NCBI RefSeq assembly: GCF_964355755.1
Contig: NC_092670.1
Coordinates: forward strand, 39,482,388 to 39,546,387
DNA length: 64,000 nucleotides
Source: Antedon mediterranea
Lineage: Eukaryota; Animalia; Echinodermata
Direction of reading: 5' to 3'
Shown here: piece after piece, positions 22,526 through 36,371 of the stretch
How positions within the stretch are numbered: the stretch's first letter is position 1
Layout: every line of letters starts with the position of its first letter
Notes under the pieces: model-generated
What the model was told of the DNA's origin: nothing
Databases searched by the model: none
The model's input: only the letters and a program-made list of their open reading frames with translations
Position numbers and translations under genes: made by a program

Positions 22526-25500
22526 GACTAAACCCACGGGGGCCCCACAGGCATTAAAATATGTAGAAAATGGCTAAACGTCTGAGGCCTCCAGCGCTGG
22601 AGAGCCACTTAGGGTTCCTAAACCAGGGGCCTCCAGACTCAACGTTACTCCACTGCTACTGTAACTCTCCCCTGCTTGTATCATGGAAAAAAGTTCCCCC
22701 ACCAAAAATATTCATTCTAGCGTCACGGTTAATTTCAAATAGCCAAACACCCTCGTGAGTTTACATTCTTTTATCATAAACGACATCCATCTTCATTGAA
22801 ACGCAGTGTGTATATCACTTTAGATTAAGAATTATCAGCAGTAGCAGAGTTAATAATTAATAGAGTAAGACAAATGGCACATAGAGGATGCAATGTTTTA
22901 TTCACTTAACCTTTGAAAAACATAACATCACTAGTCTACAGATTGAACAAATTTGTAGTACTATATAGCATATGTTTTATTCATTTCAATACTGTATTTA
23001 CAATTTAATACTGTATAATATTAGTAATTTAGTAAATTGTAGTACATTATGTAAAACAGAAAATACAGTATAATGACTACACATTAGACCCCTACTGTAT
23101 GTTATAAGGGACAACTTCAGGAGCCAAAAAGTGTACCCTTACTACTGGGTATCCCCTGAATAAATAGTGGTTGGTTGTAGTGTTAAACATTATACTGTAT
23201 TATCCCTTGTTTGTGTCACAGGAGGGGAGGGTGGTTTGGTCTATTGTATTTAGCAGTAGTTCCTCAACAGATTATAAATATTTAGCCTAATATTAATAAT
23301 AATCTTTAAAATGTGGATTAAATGGATTATCTAAGATTATTTAAGTACATATACTGTAGGTTCTCGGATTAATTTCTAAGCTAAGTTTGGAATGGATCAA
23401 TGAGCAAGTAGGATTAAGATAAAGATAAGTATGGGATTACGTGTACTAATCAAATTATTTAAAACTAGTAATATTAAGTGTAAGAAAGACAAAATGATCA
23501 AACTAGATAGAAAGGCAGCAAACTATTCATACACACACATTCCAGACAATTTTAAACACATTCAGAAACACCTTCTTTATGGCACAACCATCTGAACATT
23601 TTTAATTAAAATTACTTTTTTGGATCTTTAATTTGTAGGGCCTCGATAAAGCGGTTTTATAGCAATGTCCTTAAAACCAGCTCAATAAATGTCACCACTC
23701 AAGCTTTATGGAGTGAATTGAGATGTACTGTAGTATTTAGGCCTAGTTCATTAATTTCGCCTGTAAATGAAAATGCTTCCCGTAGTTCCTTGTAATTTAA
23801 ATCCTGTATTACTTTTCTTAATGTTATTTTTTATATCGTGTACATAATTCATTCCAAGTTTCCTTGTAAATAGGCCTATTGTTAAATCATTTTTTTTCTT
23901 TAACTTTTATTTTACTTACTCTGGACGCCACTGTTTCAAAAGTGTGGCTTCCAAATAAATTTAGCAACATGGTAAAATTAAATTCAAATGTTTTATTAAA
24001 TATATGCTTTATATTAAGTAAGCTAATTGCATGTTTGGTTGTTAATCAAGTAACACTCACAGAATATACTGTAATAAATTTAAATATATAAAATTGGCAT
24101 AAACATTCAGAATTTTGTAAACAATTTTTTTTTCTTTTCTGCCAGTTGTTCTCATTTGTAAGACTCTCATAATTCCTAGTGGATCATTTCATTAAGCCAC
24201 TGTCTCTTCTTGATGAGGTTTGACATTTCTGCAGGGTGTCTGCCTGTTGTTGACATCTCCCCAGGGGGTGTGTATTGTTGACGTCTCCCCAGGGTGTATA
24301 ATTAGAATGACCATAGGTCACCAGACCAACTGTCACCTGTTTGACCGTCTAGAGGGAACTTTCAAAGTTTTTTAATTCTTTTTGGGGAAATATCAGCACA
24401 TTTAAAGTACTATGTTTTAATAAGTTACAACAAAATTAGTGAAGCAACAAAGTGTGAAAACATTTCATTATCACAGGTAGGCCTACACAGTACATGTAGA
24501 TTTAAAATAGCAACTTTATTACTAAAATTAATATAGAACTCCTCTTTTAAAAGTTGGCTTTTATGTGCGGTAACTAACAAACTATACTTTTTACTATATT
24601 TTAGGAAATTACAGCATGGAATACAGGTACAGTAGGTCTATCTATTACTCCATGATAATACAGCAAATTAAAGTATTTATTTGGAAAGAACTGTAACTTC
24701 AAGATTCTTCTAACCTTGTCATAGACCACCGTATGCTTTTAAAATCCTATCAGCCTTCTATCACATACTATAACCAAGATCATTAAAACCTATGATATAA
24801 TTAATTACATTTGAATTTAATTTTGAGCCACCATCATGTCTGGCTTGAGAAGAATTTTATAAAGGTAGGAAGCCGCACACCTTTCTGTGTGGTGAGCCTG
24901 CCGCCTGCCTCGGGGTAAATACGGATGATTTGGTTAGATTTTATTTAGCTTTAACAATATTTATGTTATGGTACAGAACCTTGCAATGAAAACCACTAAG
25001 AAAACTGTCTCCAAATCACATTTAAAATAGAAAAATGAACAATCAAAATATTGTACACTAAATAGAGAAAATTGATACAGTATTATATAAACTTTTATGC
25101 TGCAGGCCCTAATGCACCCCTGGTTGTACTAATGCATCCCTGGTTGTAGGCCTACCAATGCAGTAGCATAGGACCAAACAGGGGACTGACAGACAAACCA
25201 ACCTTTTATAGCAGATGTCTGTAAATTTAAAGAAATATCATTCATATTGCTGAAACATGTGAAAAGGATTAGCTATACAAAACTTAAAGGTCAGAATATT
25301 CAACACAACATATTGTAGAGTGTCAATTTGGTATATCAAATTGATTTTAAGAAAAACATAATTACATAATGACAATATGGCATTAATAATATGCAGAATT
25401 TTTTTTTAAAAACTACCTGAAAAGCGTGAGCAGAGATTTCTTGAACGAAGCAAATAAGATGAAATCAGGGACGTGTTTACCAAACTAATCCGATCAAATG

Positions 25501-26120
25501 AAATGATAAATTTGAACTTAAATCTGATTATTATAAGGCCAGCAGATTCATTTGCTTTTGTTTATTATCAACCAATCAGAATGCAGGTCTCATGGGAGTA
25601 TGTTAACACCTCCATGTTTGATCAATAACATTGCAAATTGCGAATAAACAATCTTTAGAAATACAGCTAGCAAACAGGGTTATGTAATCGTTGTTTGTAT
25701 TAAGGTGCAATTGGGAAGCTACAGTTATCAAGATATATGTAAGCCTACAGTTTACACAAAATTAAATTTATTTCCCCCCTCCCCTCAGTTTGAATTTTTT
25801 TCAATGTTCAATAAATGAATTTGAAATTTAGCAATGCTTTTGACATGTTTGTAATAATAGTTTTTATTAATTTTAGTCATCATGGTAAAAAAAAAGACTA
25901 TATTTTAACTTTGTTTTCATTTTGTAATAAATCAAAATCATAGTAAAAGAAAAATTGATTTTTGTAAAATTGCATAAAACATGACAATAAAAACTATAAA
26001 TTACATCATAAAATACATATTCAGAAAAAATATTGCATAAATAAAGAAAATGAACAAATCATTTTGACAATTGTGTACTGTATATTACTAAATAATACTT
26101 CTAGGCCTATTATATTTTAA

Positions 26121-26625
26121 CACGTTCACTGCCACGGCGTATTTATACGTCAAAAATTGCGTGTCGCTACTTGCCAAGACGTAATACTACGTCAAAATCG
26201 TAGCACTTTTGTATTGTATGTAGAATCGCTGGCAGTGGTGATTGGAACAGGAATTATCGCATGGCAGTTTATGAATGATGTACGTAAACGATAATCTAAA
26301 AATAAATGTCATATGTTTGTTTGTGTTTATTCCCTCATGCATTGAATATGGTTGATACGATGGCGCCCTCACACTCAATATAATCATCTCAAACATGTCA
26401 TAAATTGCGCTAATAGTAAATAAAAATAATAAAGGATGAAATGATTCAGTGTGGTTTACTGTTTTTATCTCTCGATGATAGGGTGGGTCAGAGGATGGGG
26501 GTCAGATATTGACCCCATCATGATAGTCTGTGACCAGATGTTACACTTTCAAACTGTAATTTAATATGTAAACGGGACTTGGCACTGGGACAGAAATTAC
26601 GGAAAATGCCTTGGCAGTCAATGTG
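26121..26625. mobile_element. Non-autonomous piggyBac-type element
   Basis: TTAA on both sides; TIRs CACGTTCACTGCCA / TGGCAGTCAATGTG. Confidence 0.8.
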
Positions 26626-26639
26626 TTAAATAATTGCAA

Positions 26640-26832
26640 CCAATAATAATTATCACATTTCTAAAGCACCATTTTCATGAATAATCACGTTCAAAGACGC
26701 TTTACATAGCACATTATTACCACCCCGGTCATTTTTTGGATCAAACATGTATGGAAACATACTCCCATAATGCAGCTAGTAATCAGCGCAAAGTTAGTTG
26801 TGTCTTGATCTAACCGGTAGGTACACATTTTA
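26640..26832 (-). mobile_element. 3' fragment of a SINE/LINE (L2-like tail)
   Basis: Minus-strand TGTAAAGCGTCTTTGAAC..GGTGCTTTAGAAATG followed by a (TTA)n-like tail. Confidence 0.45.
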
Positions 26833-27284
26833 TACACCAAAACATTTTTTTTATAAACCAGACAAATTTAAACCAGTAAATAAATGAGCAAACATGGTTA
26901 ATGTTGAACACGATTAAGCATAGCCTAAAAACTACCCAAACAAAAAAGTTAAATATTATAATAACTTAGTAACCCAGGGATGCATTACATGGACACTATC
27001 AATGGCATTGACATTCTAGCTTCTTATTATTATCTTATAACAAAGGATTTTTAAATGCCATTTTGGACCTTGGTATAATTGCAACCAAATCGGAGGCTGA
27101 TAAGCAATGATTATTTGTCATAAACAAATTCAACTATAATATTTCAAACATAACATACACAAACACTGATTTGCATGTGGATTCATTTCGGTCACCCTCA
27201 CACGCTGTTGTTGTCAGTACGCTTAGCTTTCTGGGAAATAGGCCTACTAACAATGCTGGTTTAATGCTGGGTGCTGTATATACT

Positions 27285-27610
27285 GGAGAGTGATGGTGTA
27301 ATGGTAATATCAGACTAGCATGTGATAGGCATGGGTTTGAGGTTATCTGTACCATACTAATTACATCCTTAGGCAAGATGCTTTACTCTCATTGCCTCGT
27401 CGGATGGGATGTAAAGCTGTTGGTTCCGTGTATTTAACAGTGCACGTTAAAGAACTTAGTACACTATTCAAAAAGAGTAGGGGATCGTCTCCCGGTGTGC
27501 TGATCTGGTAGGCGCTCTGCACAGCTGGCTGCCGTGGGTCCGTGAAGGGCCTAATTCGAATTTCCTCAGTTTCAAGTTAAGCTTGAGGACAATATGAATA
27601 CCTTTATCTT
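27285..27610 (+). mobile_element. tRNA-derived SINE with Deu-type core (second subfamily)
   Basis: TGGTGTAATGG A box, degenerate B box, CCTTAGGCAAGATGCTTTAC, and core CGGATGGGATGTAAAG..GCACGTTAAAGAAC..GAGTAGGGG..CCCGGTGT. Confidence 0.75.
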
Positions 27611-29301
27611 TAATCATGAGGTACATGGTTTAAATTCAACTGCAATGTACAAATATAAAATTTTTTTAACATTTTATTATATCTTTTATTATAAGTGGAT
27701 GTTCACACCATTGTTAATGGCTTATGTTGTTCTTGGACCTTCCTAGGACATCCAATTCTCCCGTTGTGTATGCTTGTATTGTTTTTCCTGAATAATTAAC
27801 AATTATAAGTTTACTTTCAATATACAAAAATTGTTCTCTTCCACTGGTATGGATATTTTTGTTTACAAACCTAAATTAGTGAGAACTACATCATATAACC
27901 AATTAGATATATATTTTATGTTCCTAATATCTTTTATTACTTAATTTATTTGTACATCAAAAACCCTGGATAGGGCAGTACCATATTTAACTTGCCTTTG
28001 ATGTGGGTATGAACAATTAAATTACAAACATCAAAGAAGCAGCTACCATTGTGGTGTTTGAGACCACACCCATACTGAGGGCTGGGTAGGGTGTGGCTAA
28101 ACTGTCAATATGATGGTACTGTACATGCTGGCTTCATTGTTCTCATACTAAAGTAAGCCTAGTATAGACTTTCTGTCAGTAGTGCAGATAAATAACATTA
28201 TTAATTAAAACAAATTGATTTATATGGGTTTTCATTGATGTACTTATTCTTATTCTATTTTCCTCTTTTGTGGGCATTTTTTTACTCACTGTTATTTCTT
28301 AGACAAATATTTAAAAGGATATTTTGGACATTAAGACTGTTTGAAAATGTAAATAAAACTACCCTATTCTGGAGTATAATATACAACAAGTTAGAAATAT
28401 ATATAAAATTACTAAATTGAAAAAACTTTTTGATACCTATTTTTGACATTAATCATATTACTGTATGTTGGATTATCCCCTGCCATTATAATATAATACA
28501 TAAGTAGATCATTCATTATTATAGAGGCTTAGGTAACCCAGAAATTCCAAAAAATTCCGGTTTCAGGTAATAAACAACAGTTACTAAGCTCATGGAGGTT
28601 AAGCTTAACCATAGAGCTATCTAATTTTATAGCTCCATGGCTTAACCATTCAAACATGATAGACACATATCTCTGATGTCACTTATTATTTTTGGGTAAT
28701 TTTAACGTCAAAGTCATTTTCAGCATGAGTGAGTGTTGATCTAAAACCAGTCGAGTTATTATTCTTTACCAAATATATGATCATCAATATTGTCAAAGTA
28801 ACAAAGCCGTTTAAATGTTACTCTACCTGTACTTAAAAAATAAATTCAATTGACATATTGTCCAATATTTTTATTACAGTGAATTAATGTATGTTGAAGA
28901 CAGTAGTCTTCGCCTGCATTGTGAATCTACATAACTTTATATTTGAGGTTATGGTTGCTAGTGGGAGTTTTTTACTTCTTGTACTGATCTTCTTTCCCTT
29001 AGGGCATAGTTTGGCTGAACGAGAACAATAAAAAGCAAATAATTATTATATTTAAATGACGATTGTTGGTTAGTGATGTCAATGACACAGTGTACTATGG
29101 TATAGTCAGAATGAATTATGAATAGGTTCCATGCTGCAGCCATCATAAAATAATGTCACAAAATTCTTTTGTTGCTAAAAAATACCGGAAAGGTGTTTAC
29201 TATATACTTGAGTGAAAAGTTCAAGTAAATCTTATTACATTGATACATTAACTCGGTGGTAGAAAGACTTTTAATGGTTTTAAATTTATACAATCAATAT
29301 T

Positions 29302-29465
29302 ACGGGTGGATTCAGGGAGGCCCAGACGGCCCGGGCCCTCTCTAAATTTCACTAATTGTAATGCAAAAGATTGGACATCAAATTAAGTTCACCACTTAAA
29401 TTTCACTACTTTTAGGCCCTGGTTCCCCCTCCCTCCACTATTTCAAAATTCTGGATCCGCCACTG
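29302..29465. mobile_element. Small hAT-like MITE
   Basis: Right end GGATCCGCCACTG; a related left end CAGTGGCGGATCCAGG occurs at 18009. Confidence 0.55.
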
Positions 29466-30220
29466 TATATTACTGCAGCTTGGAAAGGAACTGTCCACCC
29501 TATCACATAATGCCAAGGCTTAGCACAATGAGCTCCTAACAGCTCATTCTCCTACGTTCATAACAAAATATGGGACTCACCTTTACCACCATAATACCTG
29601 TACATACAAACTATTTTTGTTGTTGCGATAAGAGTAACTTTAGTTAGTAGATGTTAGTTGTGTCAACCGGTGGAATTGTTAGAAATAAATAAGGAAAGAC
29701 CTACCTACAGTATAGATGTCATCTATGGCTTATCGTACCTACAGTAGCTCACCTATGGTATTTGGTTGACTGTATTGACAATTGCAATCATTTTTATTTA
29801 TAGGCCTTGTGTAAATGTGTAGACCTATAATCTAATCGAGCATGAAGTATAATTAATTTCCAGGACCATGAATCAAAGTCACCTATATGCCTACGTGCAT
29901 TCGCATTATTGATGTCAGGCTTGTTTCCATAGGCCACCATGTTATACCACATCAAACGAAATCTTACAAAAACATTTGAAACTCTGAATGATGAATAGTG
30001 TTGAAACGACATCACACTCCAGAAAAATGTAGAGATAACTCACACTCTAAAGATGATGGACTTATTAGCGATTAAAAAGGGCTATATTTGAGTCTTGCAG
30101 GGTAATCTGTTATTAGCTGCTTCATAGGCCTACCTATGTTACAATATGTTATTTCTTTTCTGCTGCTTTATAGAAATTTTAAAATGTTTGTTGATATAAA
30201 TGATAACATTCAATGTGTAA

Positions 30221-30376
30221 GGCTCTCACTACACTATCAAACTTTATGTGTTAAAAAAATGTGATGTGACCATATATAAACATAATGATAGCATACCATA
30301 TTTGGGTGTATTACTACCATATTTGGGGACATCACACTTTTTTTGTCACAAAAAGTTTGATAGTGTAGACAGAGCT
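30221..30376. mobile_element. Harbinger-type MITE (abundant family)
   Basis: Family TIRs and interior. Confidence 0.8.
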
Positions 30377-30664
30377 TATGCTAAAAACTAGAACATTTAT
30401 GAGAGTAAAGAATGTACGGATGTCACTCAAACTGGACAGTTCTTTGATGTATGTAAGTTTTACTTTGTATACAACCACTTCAGATAATGCTGTTTTGAAT
30501 GCAACAATAAATAATAATGTACAAGACCACACATTGATGAGGAGACACATCATCTCTAAGAAACATCATGGCAGTCTCAAAGGTTCATACTTTCCAAATT
30601 ATTTATTAAGTTTGCCGACACTTACTGCCATACAATGCATACAGGGTAGATCCTGTGATCTTAA

Positions 30665-30946
30665 AGCTCTGTCCACACTATCAAACTTTGTGACAAATTT
30701 GATGTGCCCATATAATGTACATGATGATGTCATAAATGTATATACCAATAGATAAAAGTTTTGGTCTTCTCTCCTTCATCATTTTTTGTGTGTAATGTAT
30801 TATACCATATGGACAATTGTCTGAAATAAAAGTTGAATTGAAAAATAACTACCATATTTAAGCATATCACTACTAATACTACTATACTATATTTGGGCAC
30901 ATCACACTTTTTTTTGTCAAACTAGTTTGATAGTGTAGACAGAGCT
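30665..30946. mobile_element. Harbinger-type MITE interrupted by an insert of about 100 bp
   Basis: Both TIRs present; the insert ends GTCTGAAATAAAAGTTGAATTGAA, which resembles a retroposon 3' tail. Confidence 0.7.
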
Positions 30947-31487
30947 TTATGACAAACAATAGTATTAGTGGAAAGAGTACACAGTTTCTAATTGGCTTTA
31001 GGAATTTAGCCCACATTATTGAAACCCTACAATGACTACTACCACTAATGGGCCATTAAAGTCTCATAACCCCAATATTACAGCCCCATATGTCATCATC
31101 AATAAAAACAAATTGTACTTTAATCTCCTCTGAAGTGGTATCTTGGGGGCTTTTGGGAATTGCTTAGTTAAAAAGCAAATGAAGGCTTAATAGCATGAAG
31201 GAGCCAGGGTGGTTTAGGGTGGAAGAAGTGGTGGTATGTCAACTGGTATGTAGGACTAGGCCAACCTTTAAATTTATTCAGTTGTTGTGAAGGAGAAGAA
31301 GGCATATCCAAATCAATCAAAAAACCATTAGAAGTAGTTAAGTGGTTTGGGTGACTGTGGTTAAGCTAGGCCACTGGGTACCTTTAATTCCTCTTGGTAG
31401 GGAGAGGTTGTCACAGATGGGATTGTACATTTGTCAGTGATAGTTTTGGGCATTTTTAAATCAATCAAAGGGCTATTAGAACAACTT

Positions 31488-31655
31488 AGTGTATGTTCAG
31501 ACTCACAGGATCGTTAGCGTAATTAAATCTACCCCTCTGCTAGTAGAGATAGTAATGCCGGCGGTGAGGTGTAACAGCTGCCTAAAGCTAATCTGCGGCG
31601 TAGTTTAGACACAAATGTTATAAAACTCTACCGTAACGCAGTCTGAACATAACCT
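31488..31655. mobile_element. Short MITE, probably Harbinger
   Basis: TATGTTCAGACT..AGTCTGAACATA inverted termini. Confidence 0.55.
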
Positions 31656-32382
31656 TAGTAATTTTTGTAGTATATTCTAAAACTGCATATTTAAGAATAA
31701 GATACAGATTGGCAAGTGTGAATGTAAGTAAAAGGCAAATAAGTTACAATAAATACATTTTGGGATTTTAGTTATGGATTTATATGGAAAGCAAGTGTTT
31801 TATGAATTGTGTGTTTCCATTAATAGTAGGCAATGCAATTAGAGAAAATTTAAATAAATTAGCAGATCAGTCACTTGCGATTTGTCTAATTACTTACGCT
31901 GCATATACAGTACATTATTACATAATATGTCTAGTAGAAAACAGAGGTTTAGGAAACAAAGTCAGAACACTGGACTCCTTTCATATAACATAACAATATT
32001 TAAATAGTCAGACACCAACCCAATTACAAGTAAGATTTATGACACAAACCAATCTCAAATTCTGTACCTGAGAATTCAACCATAAATAAAGAATGGAACT
32101 ATGTAAATCAACTGACATTGTTTTAACCTCAGAAATAAATATTTAACTCACTTGACATTATGGTCTGGTATGTAGGCTAGTTTACAGATTCGTTGAGGGA
32201 TATCCCAAGCTTTCCCAAGTGGTACAGTACATGCAAATATTACACATTTTACTCCCAGTGTTTTAGAAGTAATCAACAAACATTTTCTTAAATTATTTTT
32301 ACAAATAATTATTTAAAATAACTAATTTTCAGTATTAAGTACAGGACTCTTATATAATGTTTACTCATTAAGCTCTGTCTAC

Positions 32383-33905
32383 CAGTGGTGGCGCCAGGGG
32401 GGGTGGGGGGCGAAAGCTCGGGAAAGATCATTTCTTTTCTGGTAAAAAATAAAACCATATTAAGTGTACTACTATATATTTTAAGTAACTGCGGCATTCC
32501 ATTTTCGACGTACGTACAATATACTGACAGCGAAGTAAACAGTATGATGTGGTACGCATCTTTCATGGCTCACTGCGGTATACGCGTCGACATATCTGGG
32601 CTGTATCATATTACATCCAGGGACCAAAATGTGTATTTTTCAGATTCCAGGCGAAAATCGAAAATTCATTTGCAACTACGCATCGACGTACGTTCATACA
32701 GGGATAAAGGTACGAGTTATGTTCTCACGGTTCAGTTTACGAATTGTTTCAATTTACCAATAAACCTTGGTGTACCGCGTATATGTTCGCTGTCGATTAA
32801 AGGGGTTTGGGTGGGGGTTCGATTGGGAAAAGGACTCGAAGCGGTTGGCCCGAACCATAAAACAGGGTCTGGTCACGTTTCTTTTCGCGCATAAATCTCG
32901 ATCTAGGGTAGGTGGGTGAAGAGGGTGGCTAGCCACCTCCCTTAATTCTAAAGGGAAAAACAAGATGCACCAAACCCGTGACCGTCGCTAGACGCGGATT
33001 CAACGCACTTGACTCTTTTAATTAAGAAGAGTAGGCTAGAGCTATAGTTGTGTAAATAGCCCTACATAGTGAAAGAACTATTTATGAATTCAAGAGTTTA
33101 AAAAGAAAACGCAATTTAAAATCTTCGGAAAATACCCACAACTGAGTTATTTTCAAAACACATGCACTCCCACTACCAGCATCACGTTGTCTTAGCTCGC
33201 TCCTCGTGTGAATGCTGACGTCATCACTCTCCAAAAATACACCATTTTCCGCCCTGTAGCGTGGACCTGTATATTTACACCCCTGTACAGAGTAGAGTGT
33301 AATATCGTGAACTTTTTTCTCGCGTATGAAGGTTTTTTATATAATGGTATGCAGTATAAACGATAAAAAAAAACGATAAACATGATGTTCTTTTATTATT
33401 ATTTCATAGGCATAACATAAACATGAAATGTCTTGTTCTATGTACACGGCCGAAAAAACGGCATTTTATTGATTTGTGTTATAGACACGGCGATTACGGC
33501 AATCATCATTGTATACGGTACTAAATTACATTGAGTTATTCACCTGGCTATAGGGTATATATCTGAGGTTAACAGACCACCAAAGCACAGTCGTACACTA
33601 AACACATGCACTATCGAAGCATTTTCGGATCAAAGTTTATTATTAGTTCGTCGAAAAAGATCCGTATTAGAGTATTTAGGAAAGATTTATTTAAATTTAC
33701 ATTATTATGTGACATTGTTATTAAATGTAATGGAAACAGTTGCTCTAGCCTATTAAACAGTGTGTAAGCATCTATTTTTTCAAAATTTTCTGAGGCCCCT
33801 CCCAAACCCACCCCCGCTTTCGCGCGTACGGCCCCCGTGGGGGAATTCGGCTCCCCCGTGGGGGAATTCGGCCCCCCCGTCGGGGAAATCCTGGCGCAAC
33901 CACTG
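32383..33905. mobile_element. Non-autonomous hAT element nested in a Harbinger MITE
   Basis: TIRs CAGTGGTGGCGCCAGG / CCTGGCGCAACCACTG; exact 8-bp TSD CTGTCTAC at 32375-32382 and 33906-33913; GC-rich subterminal repeats. Confidence 0.92.
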
Positions 33906-35360
33906 CTGTCTACACTATCAAACTAATTTGACAAAAAAGTGTGATGTGCCCAAATATGGTAGTGATATGACATCACATACTGTTTGATAGTGGATAGACT
34001 GCAATTGAAGCTTAACATTTGTTATCCAAGGCTATTCAGACATAACCACAAAGGTATGACAAAAAAAGGAACTTAAAGAAAACAGGGTCCAACCCTCTCC
34101 TGCCTTAGGGTTTCCTTATCTTAAACTTTCGCTTAATAAACTTAGTTTCTCACTCTACAGGTCTAGTAGTAGTATGTGTAACAGTCAGATAACACAGTCA
34201 ATTTGGAAAACAAAAAAGAAAACATCAATCATATAAACCTAAAAATAGTAAAAAATGTAAGTTGGAACCAAAATGATTTGGATATGAATGAAAGTGACAA
34301 TAACAACACCACCTGTTTGGCAGTTCTCATTTATAATACTGTTATATGATCAACAAGATGAAAGACAAACCTATAATTGTAACTGTAGCACAAGTGCTTG
34401 TAACCAAAACACAAAAGCAGGTCAGCTGGCTAAGCACCCTATGCTGCATATAACAGTATGGCTTGGTTCAAAATCCCATGCCAATTCAAAATCATTGGAA
34501 ATATGCAAAGGGCACATTGAATATCTCGGCCTCAGTGGCAGATCCTACGCCGCCATTTTTTTTGTATTAATGACAATATGCTCCATAACAATTTTAAAAT
34601 TGTAAAATGAAGTACAATATTCTATCTTTTTCATTGAAATTTCAGCTGGAATTTTAGGTTGTGGGTGGAGAGAAGAAGACCAACATCCCCACCCTCTTTT
34701 GTGTCCTACTGTCCCAATCCATTCCACTACTGTAGCCCATGGCCATAATTTCCCTTCTATCTGTCCCTCACTTTAGACAAGAAAAATATCCTTGGTGAAA
34801 CTGTACTTTATTAAAGATCATGTTGAACTTGAAAACATTGCAGATGTAGACAAAACATAATTACGCTCACTATATGACAGAGACAAGACTGGACGTTAAT
34901 CTACAAACAGTTACAAACATCAGTTGGAAAAACCTTCACAAAGTTTCTACAAGCCGATAAAAACCAACAAGACACCAATTTGTATACCTACAAAATATGT
35001 CGCTAATTTACAACATGCTAGGATAACATTACACTTGTTACGACCCCGCACGATTTGATATGCAAACCATTTGTACTAATCAACCTCCTGCTAGTAAAAA
35101 CACCATTGGATATCCTGGTACTAGGGGAGGTGTGTGTGGACGGTATGGGATGCCAACTGTGTCAATGTAACTAACAGTTTTTGGTCCAGCATGGTGTATT
35201 TCAATCTAAAAGATTAAATTCCTCCCTTCAAAGTATGTAGCATGCTTGATAATATGTTACTAACGATGTTACAGGGGTTACCCCACTTCGAACCCTCAAG
35301 AATAACAGATTGAACAACAGCAAAAGGTAGTCTAGTCATTTTATGAATACCTCCCCTTAA

Positions 35361-36371
35361 AGGAAAGGAACACCCTGGGCTAAATGTGCCACTGTGCTTA
35401 TAGATAAATGTAATAAAAACATGATTACAATGGTTCAAGGTACAATAGTAAGCAATTTAGTTAAAAAATAGACTTTTAAACGACAACATATCGGAAATTG
35501 AACAGCGCCATTTTGACAGGTTAAGAGCAAATATGTGACGTCAGATTAGGTGGACGCATTCAAGCAAATCCAAGCGTCCATCGTCTTAGTACAGTATTTC
35601 AATATGGAAGTGCGGGATATAACCATAAATAAAATCAATTAAATAGCCTAACATACCTAATAATTCGGAATATGGCTTGGAGTTTTTATAATTCAGAAAA
35701 TTTGGAACCAGAATATACAGAAAGAGAGTTAGTTTTGCGTTGTGCAGATGAGGAAAAAAGAAGAGAAGAAGAACATTCTCGAGCATAACAAGCCGTCGAA
35801 GAATGGTGTACTTGCGGCCAGTGTATCTGTACTGTATGCCTTACTAGGCCTAGAACTCGTGTTGAACGAAAATAAAGTAGACACTGCATCGTCAACTAAC
35901 AGCCTCCGTTTGGAAGGTTTACCAGTTAATTCCCCTACCAAATCCCGTTTGAAACAGCTAGGCAATAAAAGTAACAATAGATTAATAATAACTGAAAGAT
36001 TTACGAATTGGCTTGCAGAAGAAAAGATCGAGCGAAGGTTTGTTTACCAAGCCAGCGCATGCTCATACCGTGTCATCGCCGTCCTGCATGACCGCATGTC
36101 GCGTTATTAGCCAATCATATTAGCGGATTCGCTTATCCAATAGAAGCGCCGAATGCAACCGCGAATCTTAAAATTTTCGTCGGCCGTATCTGACGTCACA
36201 AACAGGCTGCCATGAGCACAAGATGGCGATTTTCAAATGTCTTGAAAACAGCTTTAAAATCCTGTTTACTAGAAAACTACAAATCCGATTTAAACATAAA
36301 TTGTTCTGAATATTAAGTTGGTAGGGTTACTTTTATAATAGTTAGGTAAAATATTAGGTTGTTCCTTTCCT
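35361..36371. mobile_element. Non-autonomous Kolobok-type element
   Basis: TTAA duplication; TIRs AGGAAAGGAACACCCT / AGGTTGTTCCTTTCCT, beginning with purines as in Kolobok. Confidence 0.85.

Noticed and set aside
24615-24654. Further CATGG..CTCCATG mini-elements (also about 25591 and 57801)
   Set aside because: Termini resemble the footprint family but there is no exact 7-bp flanking duplication, so they were not counted.
32385-32894. 169-aa ORF as hAT transposase
   Set aside because: Non-ATG start inside the TIR and no BED-finger, DDE or dimerisation motifs.
35742-36110. 122-aa ORF in the Kolobok element
   Set aside because: No THAP or DDE motifs recognised and a non-ATG start.
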